Source: Salibacteraceae bacterium (lineage in GTDB: Bacteria; Bacteroidota; Bacteroidia; Flavobacteriales_G; Salibacteraceae). Taken from it: a stretch of DNA of 64,000 bases. Positions 10,119 through 19,625 of the stretch are shown here, in pieces. The stretch spans positions 31,904-95,903 of the forward strand of contig JBMYWA010000001.1 of assembly GCA_049606935.1 (NCBI GenBank), written 5' to 3'. The translations under genes were made by a program, and so were the position numbers. Below the pieces are notes generated by a model, which worked only from the letters and a program-made list of their open reading frames with translations, ran no database searches and had not been told where the DNA came from. The stretch's first letter is position 1; each line of letters opens with the position of its first letter.

Positions 10119-10961
10119 TTGAATTTATTCATTTTATCGTTAATTACGTTTCTGATTCCAGTAGGGGTTTTAGCTATTGGTTTATTGGATATTTACGCGA
10201 ATAGAAATTCAGGCATTTCACGAACTCTTTTCAGCGCGTTCTTGTTTAGTGTATTAAGTTTTTTTCTTTTTAACCTTATGACTGAGGTTGAAATGGGTGA
10301 AACTCAAATTTTAGGCTTTGTAGTTCTTATGCCTTTTTCTTTGCTGGCGGGTCCTTTATTATTGATGTATCAAAAATCATTAAACGGGGAAAAAAGAAAG
10401 TTGCTAGGTGTTAAAGGCATCATTTGGAATTTTGTTCCTTCCATTTATAGTGTGGTAATTTTAATTGTTGGAATATCTGTATTTTCAATTCAAGAAGTTA
10501 ACGATATACTAACTACCCAAAAAATGAATGCTGGAGAACGTGAAATGATTGTTGCCCGTTTGATTTTAATCTCTGCACATGTTCTATGGTATATTCAACT
10601 ATTTTGGTACAATTTAAAAATTGGCAAGATATTTAAGGCGCAAAAGAAAAAGTTTGGAAAGTTTTATGCTCAATATGAAGAACGAAATGAAAAGCTTTTA
10701 AATAGAATTGTGATCATTTTAATGATGATTGCTGTTTATGATCTTATGTTTTGGATTGTTAGGGTAAGGAATCCTTATTTAATGATTGTAGTAAATATTG
10801 CTTTTGGCGTTTCTCTTGCATTTATGATTGTATCTGGAAGAGAGCAAATTGATATTAAAAGATATCGTATGTATAAGTTAGACTCCCACATGCATGAGTT
10901 GGATTTAGCTCATCCTCCTGAAGGATATAAACGAAAAAAGAGGCATAAAAAAACCGCATAA
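10119..10961 (+). CDS. Polytopic membrane protein resembling the sensor half of Bacteroidota membrane-bound AraC regulators, without HTH
   Basis: About 7 hydrophobic segments, L.GPLL..Y..SL and (H/N)F.P motifs; short basic C-terminus; TTG start. Confidence 0.55.
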   Translation: MNLFILSLITFLIPVGVLAIGLLDIYANRNSGISRTLFSAFLFSVLSFFLFNLMTEVEMGETQILGFVVLMPFSLLAGPLLLMYQKSLNGEKRKLLGVKGIIWNFVPSIYSVVILIVGISVFSIQEVNDILTTQKMNAGEREMIVARLILISAHVLWYIQLFWYNLKIGKIFKAQKKKFGKFYAQYEERNEKLLNRIVIILMMIAVYDLMFWIVRVRNPYLMIVVNIAFGVSLAFMIVSGREQIDIKRYRMYKLDSHMHELDLAHPPEGYKRKKRHKKTA

Positions 10962-10988
10962 ACTGCGGTTTTTTTATGCCTCTTTTTT
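10934..10988. repeat. 25-bp perfect inverted repeat; bidirectional terminator between convergent genes
   Basis: AAAAAAGAGGCATAAAAAAACCGCA-taaac-TGCGGTTTTTTTATGCCTCTTTTTT. Confidence 0.9.
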
Positions 10989-11401
10989 TAGTGGTAAACT
11001 ATTTCATAGGTAATATCTGAGGCTTTTTCTAACATTGCGGTTACTCCACAGTATCTTTCCTGAGAATATTGAACAGCTTTTTCAACCTTTTTAGTATCTA
11101 GATTTTCTCCCCAAATATTGTAAGTTAAATGAATTTTATGGTAATATTTTGGGTGTTCTTCTGTTAATTCTCCATCAGCGGTTACTTTAAGGTCTTTGAA
11201 GGGCACGCGCATTTTCTTTAATAATGAAACTACATCCATTGAGGTACACCCAATTAAAGCCACTAAAACTAGAGCTTTTGGTCTCGGCCCTTCATTATTA
11301 CCTCCGAAGCTTTCTTCAGCATCTATTGTTATTGAATGTCCATTAACTTCTCCAGTAAAAGACATTCCCTCATTGTATTTAAATGATATTTCGTGATTCA
11401 T
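10988..11401 (-). CDS. OsmC/Ohr (YhfA-like) family protein
   Basis: GPRPK...L.AL.GCT.MDV and SQERYCGV conserved Cys pair. Confidence 0.9.
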   Translation of the reverse strand: MNHEISFKYNEGMSFTGEVNGHSITIDAEESFGGNNEGPRPKALVLVALIGCTSMDVVSLLKKMRVPFKDLKVTADGELTEEHPKYYHKIHLTYNIWGENLDTKKVEKAVQYSQERYCGVTAMLEKASDITYEIVYH

Positions 11402-11483
11402 AACTTTAGTATTTGAACTACAAATTTATAGTCTATATGCATTTTTATAGCTGACATTTATCATTCAAATTGCCCCCAAAAAC

Positions 11484-11514
11484 AAAGGAGCGATTCAAAT
11501 ATGATCGCTCCTTT
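11484..11514 (-). terminator. Probable terminator after the beta-barrel gene
   Basis: AAAGGAGCGAT...ATCGCTCCTTT inverted repeat. Confidence 0.6.
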
Positions 11515-11535
11515 TAATATTAATTATGAATACCG

Positions 11536-12129
11536 CTAATAAAAGTAGCTAAACCCTACATTGATATTTAAGTACGAATGTGATTGGTAACCTTTAGCAG
11601 GAAGAATGTAGTGATACTTTGTGTTCACAAAAAAGTCAGCCGAACCACCAGATGGAATTAAAATTCCTGCTTCCGGATATAATCCAAAGTTCCAGCTATC
11701 ACGGTTAAGAGCATAACCACTAATATCAAACCGTTGTAAGACCCTGTATAGACCAGCACCTCCACCAACAAATGGAATAATTTTTCCTTGCGGGTTAAAG
11801 TGATAACTACCAGTTACGGTCATGGGGAAATAGTTGAAATATCTTAATTGAGATCCTGAGATGGTTAGATTTTCTTCTGGAATTTGGATAGTTCCATAAT
11901 CTACCTTTTTGCTAAATATTTGCCAGGCAACGTTTACCCCTATAGCAAGATTGTCAGTTTTCATTTTTTTCCACTCCAAGCCAAGAGCCCCCCAGCTATA
12001 ATTGTCAATAAAGTCGGAACTTTCACCCGTAGACAAAGCCGTGTTGTAGGTGATTCCAAAAAAATTGTCTTGAGCAGAAACGCCTAAACTTAAAATTAGG
12101 CTTAAAAATAATAGTTGTAATTTATTCAT
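11536..12129 (-). CDS. Small outer-membrane beta-barrel protein (OmpA-TM/OmpW-like)
   Basis: Signal peptide, about 8 amphipathic strands, PFVGGGAG, C-terminal NVGFSYFY. Confidence 0.8.
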   Translation of the reverse strand: MNKLQLLFLSLILSLGVSAQDNFFGITYNTALSTGESSDFIDNYSWGALGLEWKKMKTDNLAIGVNVAWQIFSKKVDYGTIQIPEENLTISGSQLRYFNYFPMTVTGSYHFNPQGKIIPFVGGGAGLYRVLQRFDISGYALNRDSWNFGLYPEAGILIPSGGSADFFVNTKYHYILPAKGYQSHSYLNINVGFSYFY

Positions 12130-12133
12130 TTGT

Positions 12134-12748
12134 CTATTTTTTTAGATAAGGCGATTGTGTAAAAGCTTGGTTAATAGAAAATTCTATTCTGTCTAGAGTG
12201 CTTTGAGAATTTAAAAGTCCATTTAAGCCACCGTTCCATAAAATTTTAGGAGGAGAATCATCACCTGGATAATTTTTAACGTCAAGCATATGCATCATTA
12301 AAGTTCCAGTAGTATAGGAGTAATATGAAGCTCCCCAACCAGGGTACCCAGGATAGCCAGGATAGCCCCACCAATATCCCCATCCAGGGTAATATATTGC
12401 TCCATAAACCGTACTATTCCATGTACTGGCTTCTATATAAACATCAGCAGAGTCACGAACCGTAACTTCAGTCCACCCATAGTCAATCATGTTATCCCTA
12501 ATGGTGCTAATAGTTAAATTAGCTTCTTGTTCTGGATAATCAGGTTTGTCTCCTGTGGTGTCATAAACAACAACTAAGGAGTCATATAAATAAAAAGTTT
12601 GATAGTCTTTAAAATCAACCACTTCGGCAAATTTTGTGCCGACTATATCATAATCTTCAATGGTTCTATCTTTTTCAGGATAGCAAGACACCATAACTCC
12701 CAAAATCAAAATTAGAGAGGCCCATTTAAATGTTTTCATTCGTTTCAT
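12134..12748 (-). CDS. DUF4136 domain lipoprotein
   Basis: Lipobox VSC, DF..YQTF, Gly/Tyr/Trp/Pro-rich loop, YTTGTL...M.D, LW.G. Start moved to ATG 12748 (-7 box at 12770-12777). Confidence 0.8.
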   Translation of the reverse strand: MKRMKTFKWASLILILGVMVSCYPEKDRTIEDYDIVGTKFAEVVDFKDYQTFYLYDSLVVVYDTTGDKPDYPEQEANLTISTIRDNMIDYGWTEVTVRDSADVYIEASTWNSTVYGAIYYPGWGYWWGYPGYPGYPGWGASYYSYTTGTLMMHMLDVKNYPGDDSPPKILWNGGLNGLLNSQSTLDRIEFSINQAFTQSPYLKK

Positions 12749-12931
12749 AATTGTTTGATTAATTGAGAACAAATTTAACTAATTTAAACAACTGTTTAGT
12801 TCAGAGAAACAACAAATTTGTATGGAATTTCTTTGAGACTCTGTCATAATTTACGGTAAAAATGACACTTTTTTTTTTGTATTTGTTTCGGTTAAAATTA
12901 GAATCCGTCAAGCTGTCATATTTTTTTACGT

Positions 12932-12946
12932 TGGTACGTCAATTGA
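12932..12946 (+). promoter_or_regulatory. sigma54-like -24/-12 element upstream of htpG
   Basis: TGGTAC-gtcaa-TTGA; GG to GA spacing of 12. Confidence 0.45.
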
Positions 12947-12975
12947 CTAAGCGCAAGCATTACAAAACATAGAAA

Positions 12976-14868
12976 ATGGCAAAAGGAAAAATTAAAGTAG
13001 AGTCGGGAAATATATTCCCAGTTATAAAGAAATTCTTGTATTCAGATCACGAAATATTTTTACGTGAATTGGTTTCAAATGCTATTGATGCATCCTTGAA
13101 GTTAAAAGCGCTTAAGCAAGCTGGTGAGTTTACCGGTGATGTTGATGATCTTTTAGTGGAGGTGAAAATTGACAAAGAAGCAAAAACGTTAACCATTTCT
13201 GATAATGGAATTGGGATGACCGAGGAAGAAGCTAATAAATATTTAAATCAAATGGCTTTTTCAGGGGCAGAAGAGTTTCTTGAAAAATATGAAAAGGAAG
13301 GAAAAGACGCTGGAATCATTGGGCATTTTGGTTTAGGTTTTTATTCTGCCTTTATGGTGTCTAAAGAAGTAGAGGTTAGAACGAAGTCTTTTACTGGAGC
13401 TGACGCTGTGAAATGGGTATGTGATGGTGACCCAGAATACACCATGGATACTATTGAAAAAGAAAATAGAGGTACTGACATTGTTTTACATTTAGATGAA
13501 GATTCTTTAGAGTTTTTAGAAGAAAGTAGAATCTCTGGAATTTTGAATAAATACTGTAAGTTCTTACCGGTTAAAATTAAATTTGGGACAACTACTGAAA
13601 TGTATGATGACCCATCTGGTGAAAAGGATGAAAACGATAAGGTAAAACAATTACAAAGAGAAGTAGATAACTTCATTAATAATCCAAATCCAGCATGGAC
13701 CAAGAAACCAGCTGATTTGGAAGATGAAGATTACAAGACCTTTTATAAAGAATTATACCCATCAACTTTTGATGAACCATTATTCCATATTCACTTGAAT
13801 GTTGATTTCCCTTTCAATTTAACAGGAATTTTATATTTCCCTAAATTGGCCAATAACATCCAAGTTCAAAAGAATAAAATCAACCTTTATTCTAACCAAG
13901 TTTTCATTACAGATAATGTTGAGAATATTGTACCTGAATTCTTAACTATCCTTCACGGGGTTATTGATTCTCCAGATATTCCATTAAATGTTTCTAGATC
14001 TTACTTACAGGAAGATCAACAGGTAAAGCAAATATCTTCTCATATATCTAAAAAAGTGGCAGATAAACTAGCTTCTATGTTTAAGAAGGATAGAGCTGAT
14101 TTTGAAAATAAGTGGGATGACATTAAAGTATTCATGGAATATGGGGCTTTAACTGATGAAAAATTCTTTGATAGAATTAAAAAGTCTTTATTATTCAAAA
14201 GTGTAGATGGTTCTTACGCTACATTGAATGAGTACGAAGACAAAATCAAAGAAAACCAAACCGATAAAGACAAAAAAGTTGTTTACCTGTATACGGATAA
14301 TGTAGAGGAACAACACGTGTTTATTGAAAGTGCGAAGAATAAAGGTTATGATGTGTGTGTATTCGATACGCCATTAACTCCGCATTACGTACAGTTCTTA
14401 GAAACTAAATTGGAGAACGCTTCATTTGTAAGAGTAGATTCTGACACTATCGATAAGTTGATTAAAAAGGATGAAGAGGTTAAATCTAACCTTACAGAAG
14501 ATCAAGAAAAAGAGTTGAAAGAGGTGGTAGAGACTTTAGTAGATAAACAATCCTACTCAGTTCAATTTGAAGCTTTAACCGAGGATGATGCTCCTGTAAT
14601 TATTACGCAACCAGAGTTTATGCGTAGAATGAAAGATCAGCAAGCTATGGGTGGCGGCATGATGGGAATGGGTAATTTCCCTGATATGTACAATTTGGTG
14701 GTGAATGCAAACCATCCATTAACTAGTAAGATCTTGGTGGAAGTTGATGCGGATAAGAAATCTAATTTAGCACAACAAGCTATTGATTTAGCACTGCTAT
14801 CTAAGAATTTACTGAAAGGAGAAAAACTAAGTGCTTTCTTAAAGCGAAGCGTGGAGTTAATTGATTAA
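12976..14868 (+). CDS. htpG: Chaperone HtpG (Hsp90)
   Basis: LYSDHEIFLRELVSNA.DA, DNGIGMT, IGHFGLGFYSAFMV, DIPLNVSRS. Confidence 0.98.
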   Translation: MAKGKIKVESGNIFPVIKKFLYSDHEIFLRELVSNAIDASLKLKALKQAGEFTGDVDDLLVEVKIDKEAKTLTISDNGIGMTEEEANKYLNQMAFSGAEEFLEKYEKEGKDAGIIGHFGLGFYSAFMVSKEVEVRTKSFTGADAVKWVCDGDPEYTMDTIEKENRGTDIVLHLDEDSLEFLEESRISGILNKYCKFLPVKIKFGTTTEMYDDPSGEKDENDKVKQLQREVDNFINNPNPAWTKKPADLEDEDYKTFYKELYPSTFDEPLFHIHLNVDFPFNLTGILYFPKLANNIQVQKNKINLYSNQVFITDNVENIVPEFLTILHGVIDSPDIPLNVSRSYLQEDQQVKQISSHISKKVADKLASMFKKDRADFENKWDDIKVFMEYGALTDEKFFDRIKKSLLFKSVDGSYATLNEYEDKIKENQTDKDKKVVYLYTDNVEEQHVFIESAKNKGYDVCVFDTPLTPHYVQFLETKLENASFVRVDSDTIDKLIKKDEEVKSNLTEDQEKELKEVVETLVDKQSYSVQFEALTEDDAPVIITQPEFMRRMKDQQAMGGGMMGMGNFPDMYNLVVNANHPLTSKILVEVDADKKSNLAQQAIDLALLSKNLLKGEKLSAFLKRSVELID

Positions 14869-14879
14869 TAAAACTTAAG

Positions 14880-14913
14880 AAAGAGGCTCCTGAAAAGTAA
14901 GCCTCTTTTTTTT
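14880..14913 (+). terminator. Intrinsic terminator of htpG
   Basis: AAAGAGGCT...AGCCTCTTT followed by a T run. Confidence 0.7.
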
Positions 14914-14943
14914 GACTAATTTTACGGAAATAATAAAATAAAT

Positions 14944-15534
14944 ATGAAGAATATACTAATAGGAGTAGGTGTAATAGCTGTTTTAGGATTTATTGGATTT
15001 TCATGGTTTACCGGTAAATATGATACCATGGTGGCTTTGCAGGAAGAGGTAACAAAGTCTTGGGCAGATGTTGAGAGTCAATATCAAAGGAGATCTGATT
15101 TAATCCCGAATTTGGTGAATACCGTTAAAGGTTACGCAGATCATGAAAAGGAAACTCTGACTGGAGTTGTTGAAGCGCGTGCAAAGGCAACATCGGTAAA
15201 TATTGACCCGAGTAACATGACAACTGCCGATTTGCAAAATTTTAATGCTGCACAAGGCGGCTTAGGAAGTGCTTTAAGTAAATTGATGGTGGTTGTGGAA
15301 AAATATCCAGACCTAAAGGCAAATCAAAACTTTATGCAATTACAAGCACAATTGGAAGGTACAGAGAATAGAATTTCGGTGGCTAGAACCAGATATAATG
15401 AGTCGGCTAGAATGTATAATACGTATACTAAAGGCTTTGTAAATAGCATTATTGCAAATAATAGTGGGTTTGATGAAAAGCCATACTTTGAAGCTAAAGA
15501 GGGTACTGATGTTGCTCCTGAGGTAGCATTCTAG
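14944..15534 (+). CDS. lemA: LemA family protein
   Basis: N-terminal TM; QYQRR.DLIPNLV, YPDLKAN.NF, LEGTENRI.VAR..YN. Confidence 0.95.
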   Translation: MKNILIGVGVIAVLGFIGFSWFTGKYDTMVALQEEVTKSWADVESQYQRRSDLIPNLVNTVKGYADHEKETLTGVVEARAKATSVNIDPSNMTTADLQNFNAAQGGLGSALSKLMVVVEKYPDLKANQNFMQLQAQLEGTENRISVARTRYNESARMYNTYTKGFVNSIIANNSGFDEKPYFEAKEGTDVAPEVAF

Positions 15535-15558
15535 TTAAAATCAATAATAGTGACAATT

Positions 15559-15590
15559 AAAATCCTGACATGAACATGTCGGGATTTTTT
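15559..15590. terminator. Bidirectional terminator (lemA / YheT hydrolase)
   Basis: AAAATCCTGACAT-gaac-ATGTCGGGATTTT. Confidence 0.75.
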
Positions 15591-16539
15591 ATTTGGCAAA
15601 ATATTCTAAAATCTTTTTCTCTGCCCAGGTAATCTCCATATTTTTATTGGATACTATAAACCCAACATGTCCGCCATATTTTGGCACTAGCATAGTCAAA
15701 TGTTTATTTGAAGCAACTTCATCGTAGGGGTAGCATTCCGTTGCTAAAAACGGATCGTTTTGTGCATTAATAATTAGACAAGGAACTGAAATGGAGAGTA
15801 GATAGGGTTTACTACTCGATTTAGTCCAATAATCCAACGCAGTTTTAAATCCATTCGCAGGTGCAGTAAAATGCTCATCAAACTCCAAAAATGTTTTTGA
15901 ACTAAGAATCTTTTTGGTGTCCAATTCCTTTTTAGGAAACAGTTTTACTTTTTCTAAATATTTTTCTTTAAGCGTCCTTAAAAAACGAAACATGTAAAGC
16001 ATGTTTTGAGTTTTGGCAAGTTGGTAAGAAGAGCTTTCAAGGTCTACGGGAGTGGAAACGGCTACTATTTTCTTTATTCTTGAATCTATGTTCTTACCTA
16101 TCTCTCCAGCATACTTTAAACCAATATTACCTCCCATACTAAAGCCTGCGAAATATATAGAGGGGTACGAGTATTTTTTTAGAATGTGATTAATTACAAC
16201 TCTTAAGTCATTCGATTTTCCGGTATGATAAGATTCAAACCTATTATTAGGTTCTCCGCTGCAACCCCTCCAATTAATGGCCAACACGTCATAGTTTTTC
16301 TGGATTGCATTTTGGGCTAAACCAATAACGTATGATGAGCTAGAACTTCCTTCTAGGCCGTGACCGATTATTAATAGCTTTTCGTTACCGGCTGTTTTCC
16401 AGTCTAGGTCTAGAAAATCTTGATCATTTGTATTTATTCTTGTCCTACTAAAAGTAATATTGTTTTTTCGGAAAAGAGTTGGCCAAATGGTGCTTAAATG
16501 ACCATTTTTCAGCAGAACAGAAGGAGTAAATTGATCCAA
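15589..16539 (-). CDS. YheT-family alpha/beta hydrolase
   Basis: NGHL.TI, HGLEG.S, RGCSG, GFSMGG nucleophile elbow, DPF, GGHVGF. Start codon uncertain (TTG). Confidence 0.9.
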   Translation of the reverse strand: MDQFTPSVLLKNGHLSTIWPTLFRKNNITFSRTRINTNDQDFLDLDWKTAGNEKLLIIGHGLEGSSSSSYVIGLAQNAIQKNYDVLAINWRGCSGEPNNRFESYHTGKSNDLRVVINHILKKYSYPSIYFAGFSMGGNIGLKYAGEIGKNIDSRIKKIVAVSTPVDLESSSYQLAKTQNMLYMFRFLRTLKEKYLEKVKLFPKKELDTKKILSSKTFLEFDEHFTAPANGFKTALDYWTKSSSKPYLLSISVPCLIINAQNDPFLATECYPYDEVASNKHLTMLVPKYGGHVGFIVSNKNMEITWAEKKILEYFAK

Positions 16540-16562
16540 ATCAGAAGGCGTAAAAGAGGCTT

Positions 16563-18920
16563 TTATTTTGATTCAGCTTCTTTGGCTCTTTTAGCTTTTT
16601 GCATTGGGTTTTCTCCAATGGCTTGTCTTTTGTTTTTTCTTTTGGATTGGTAAATATCAAACCTTGATGGTTGAGTTTGGTGGGGCCAGTAGTTATTTCC
16701 CCTATTTATATCAGCCGTTTCCAAGTATGGATCTAAAACCACTCTAACTAATGTTTTATCAAACCAATATAACTTAGTAGCCGTTGTGTTACTTTTTCTC
16801 CAAATTTCGGCAGGTATACGTTCCACTTGTTTGCTCCCGTCTGCAAATTCGAACTCAACGATTATTGGCATAACTAAACCTCCAACTAAATCAAATTTTA
16901 GTTCATAATAGTTCAAATTAGTATCTAAAAAGGCTTTTTCCTCAAGAGTGAGCTTTTTCATGTATGATTCATATTTCTTAACATCTAAAATATCAAATGA
17001 ATACGGGTTGGATTTATCGTAGAAATCTTTCATGGTTTCATCCTGGTCAACTACTGTTGCAGGTTCATCTTTATGCCTTAATGTGCCTATGTCTTCAATA
17101 CGCATATTATCTTCGTATTTCTTTCTTTTTGCTTCAACTTCTGGGTTTTGAGTATTTACTTTATACCATTTTACATCAGTTAAAGAAATGTCTACATTAT
17201 CTATGGTGTAATACCAACCTCTCCAAAACCAATCTAAATCTACAGCCGATGCATCTTCCATAGTTCTAAAAAAGTCTGCAGGAGTAGGGTGTTTGAATGC
17301 CCATCTTTCTGCATAGGTTTTAAAAGCATAATCAAATAGCTCCCTACCCATAATTGTTTCTCTTAAAATATTTAATGAGGTAGCTGTTTTGGCATAGGCA
17401 TTATTACCAAATTGTAATATTGATTCTGAATTGGTCATTATAGGAACCATTGAAGCAGGGTCACTACTCATATATGGTACAATGTGTTGAGCAGGCCCTC
17501 TTCTAGATGGATAGTTTTTATCCCATTCTTGCTCGGTTAAATATTGTACAAATGTATTTAAGCCTTCATCCATCCAAGTCCATTGTCTTTCATCTGAATT
17601 GATAATCATAGGAAAGAAATTATGGCCTACTTCATGAATAATTACTGATTGCATACCGTGTTTTGTGCTTTCAGAATAGGTGCCATCTTTCTCTGGTCTT
17701 CCTCCATTAAAACAAATCATTGGATATTCCATTCCAATCCATTTCGAGTGCACAGAAATAGCCACCGGATAAGTATAATCAATGGTATATTTTGAATATG
17801 TAGCAATAGTATGGGCTACAATTCGGGTTGAATATTGTTCCCATAATGGATTCCCTTCTTTAGGGTAGTAGCTCATGGCCATAACCGTTTTGTCGCCCAC
17901 TTTTACACCCATTGCGTCCCAAATAAATTTTCGAGAAGATGCGAACGCAAAATCCCTCACATTTTCGGCATAAAAAGTCCATGTTTTGGTTTTACTTTTT
18001 CTTGTTTTTTCAGCTGATTCCGCCTCATTTTGATTAACAATCATGACAGGGGTATCTGATTTTTTAGCAGTTACAAGTCTTTTACGTTGGGCTGATGTTA
18101 AAACGGATGATGCATTTTGCAGAGATCCAGTAGCACCAATAATGTGATCTTCGGGAGCAGTAATACTTACCTTGTAATTTCCAAAAGTCAAAGCAAATTC
18201 ACCACCGCCCAGAAATTGTTTGTTTTGCCAACCTTCCACTTCATTATAAACAGCCATTCTAGGATAAAACTGAGCTATAGTATAAAGGTAGTTACTGTCT
18301 TCTTCAAAGAACTCGAAGCCACTTCTACCACCAATTTCCATACGGTCATTGATGTTATACCACCATTCAATATTAAAGCTCATTTTAGAACCAGGAGCTA
18401 ATGGAGTAGGCAGGTCTACACGCATCATTGTTTTATTAATGAAATAATGAAGATCTTTCCCATTGCTAGTTTGTACCAATGTCAAATTAAAACCACCTTC
18501 AAAATTGTTATGCATTTTTTTCATTTGCCCAAAAGACAAACCATTTTTTCCCATAGAGGATTGGTTTATTTTTTTTGTATCCGAGTCTTCCGCACGCATA
18601 TTTTGGTCCAGTTGAATCCATAAATATGTCAGTTCATCTTTGCTATTATTATGGTATGTAATGGTTTCTTTACCTGTAATTTTTTGTTTTTCATCATCTA
18701 AAACTACCTCAATAACGTAATCTGCTTGCTGCTGAAAGTATTCGGGGCCTGGTGCTCCAGAGGCAGATCTGTACATATTAGGGCCAGGGAGTTCTTCTTT
18801 TAATTGCTTAAACTTATCTGAACTATAGATAGTAGAGTTGGTAATTGTGTTTTGTGCCACACTCGATAAAGAAAATACAAGTACAGAGAAAATAGTTAAA
18901 AGCTTATTTATGTTGATCAT
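16563..18920 (-). CDS. M1-family zinc aminopeptidase (exported)
   Basis: Signal peptide; GMEYP, HEVGH-x18-E (WMDEG) zinc motif, NAY.K. Confidence 0.93.
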   Translation of the reverse strand: MININKLLTIFSVLVFSLSSVAQNTITNSTIYSSDKFKQLKEELPGPNMYRSASGAPGPEYFQQQADYVIEVVLDDEKQKITGKETITYHNNSKDELTYLWIQLDQNMRAEDSDTKKINQSSMGKNGLSFGQMKKMHNNFEGGFNLTLVQTSNGKDLHYFINKTMMRVDLPTPLAPGSKMSFNIEWWYNINDRMEIGGRSGFEFFEEDSNYLYTIAQFYPRMAVYNEVEGWQNKQFLGGGEFALTFGNYKVSITAPEDHIIGATGSLQNASSVLTSAQRKRLVTAKKSDTPVMIVNQNEAESAEKTRKSKTKTWTFYAENVRDFAFASSRKFIWDAMGVKVGDKTVMAMSYYPKEGNPLWEQYSTRIVAHTIATYSKYTIDYTYPVAISVHSKWIGMEYPMICFNGGRPEKDGTYSESTKHGMQSVIIHEVGHNFFPMIINSDERQWTWMDEGLNTFVQYLTEQEWDKNYPSRRGPAQHIVPYMSSDPASMVPIMTNSESILQFGNNAYAKTATSLNILRETIMGRELFDYAFKTYAERWAFKHPTPADFFRTMEDASAVDLDWFWRGWYYTIDNVDISLTDVKWYKVNTQNPEVEAKRKKYEDNMRIEDIGTLRHKDEPATVVDQDETMKDFYDKSNPYSFDILDVKKYESYMKKLTLEEKAFLDTNLNYYELKFDLVGGLVMPIIVEFEFADGSKQVERIPAEIWRKSNTTATKLYWFDKTLVRVVLDPYLETADINRGNNYWPHQTQPSRFDIYQSKRKNKRQAIGENPMQKAKRAKEAESK

Positions 18921-19018
18921 ATCTGGTTGATTTCAGTCACAAAGAAAAAATTATAATTGAGAGGTAGTGTATCATTTATGTAAAAACCATTAATAGAATG
19001 ATAAATAATACCACCCCT

Positions 19019-19582
19019 TTAGTTTAGTTTCCAAGTAACGTTCTTTTTTGCTTTGGTTAAAAGAGCTTTTTCAGTAGTACTATTATATTTAAATTCCACA
19101 ATATTTTGCTGATCATTAAATAAAGAAGTAAGCAGTTCGCTGTAAAGAGTCAGACCGTGAAAAGGAGGGAGGTTTGTAATTTGAAAGTAAATGACCGTTC
19201 TATCAGGGTTTGATTCGGTAGGTAAAAATTCTATTTGTTTAAATACAATACCGTCAAGTATAATGTTGAAATGGTCCAAAATATATTTTTGAATAAGCCT
19301 TTCATTGGTAGAATCTATGTTCGATGTAGATAATTGAAACTTTTCTGGCTGGTAATTTAGTTTTATTCCAGATTCTAAATCATCGGTAAAGACCTCTACA
19401 GAGAAGGTCATAGTATTATCTGTTTTTTTGTATTCTATTTCCGTATAGGATACATGGTAGGGATGAGGTGCAAACGATAAAAGGAATGTTGTACCTAAAA
19501 GGAAGGTAACAACAAAAATAGATTTATTACCATTTAAACTGTTCCAGAACCCTTTTTCAAATATTTGCTTGTTGAACCACAT
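19019..19582 (-). CDS. DUF6702 family protein
   Basis: HPYHVS.TEI.Y, FTDDLE, QQNIV; upstream of the M1 peptidase. Start moved to 19582 to avoid overlap with pepC (-7 box at 19603-19610). Confidence 0.75.
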   Translation of the reverse strand: MWFNKQIFEKGFWNSLNGNKSIFVVTFLLGTTFLLSFAPHPYHVSYTEIEYKKTDNTMTFSVEVFTDDLESGIKLNYQPEKFQLSTSNIDSTNERLIQKYILDHFNIILDGIVFKQIEFLPTESNPDRTVIYFQITNLPPFHGLTLYSELLTSLFNDQQNIVEFKYNSTTEKALLTKAKKNVTWKLN

Positions 19583-19625
19583 AAACGCTGTATTTTGCCG
19601 GCCAAATTTATACGAATAAAACAAA

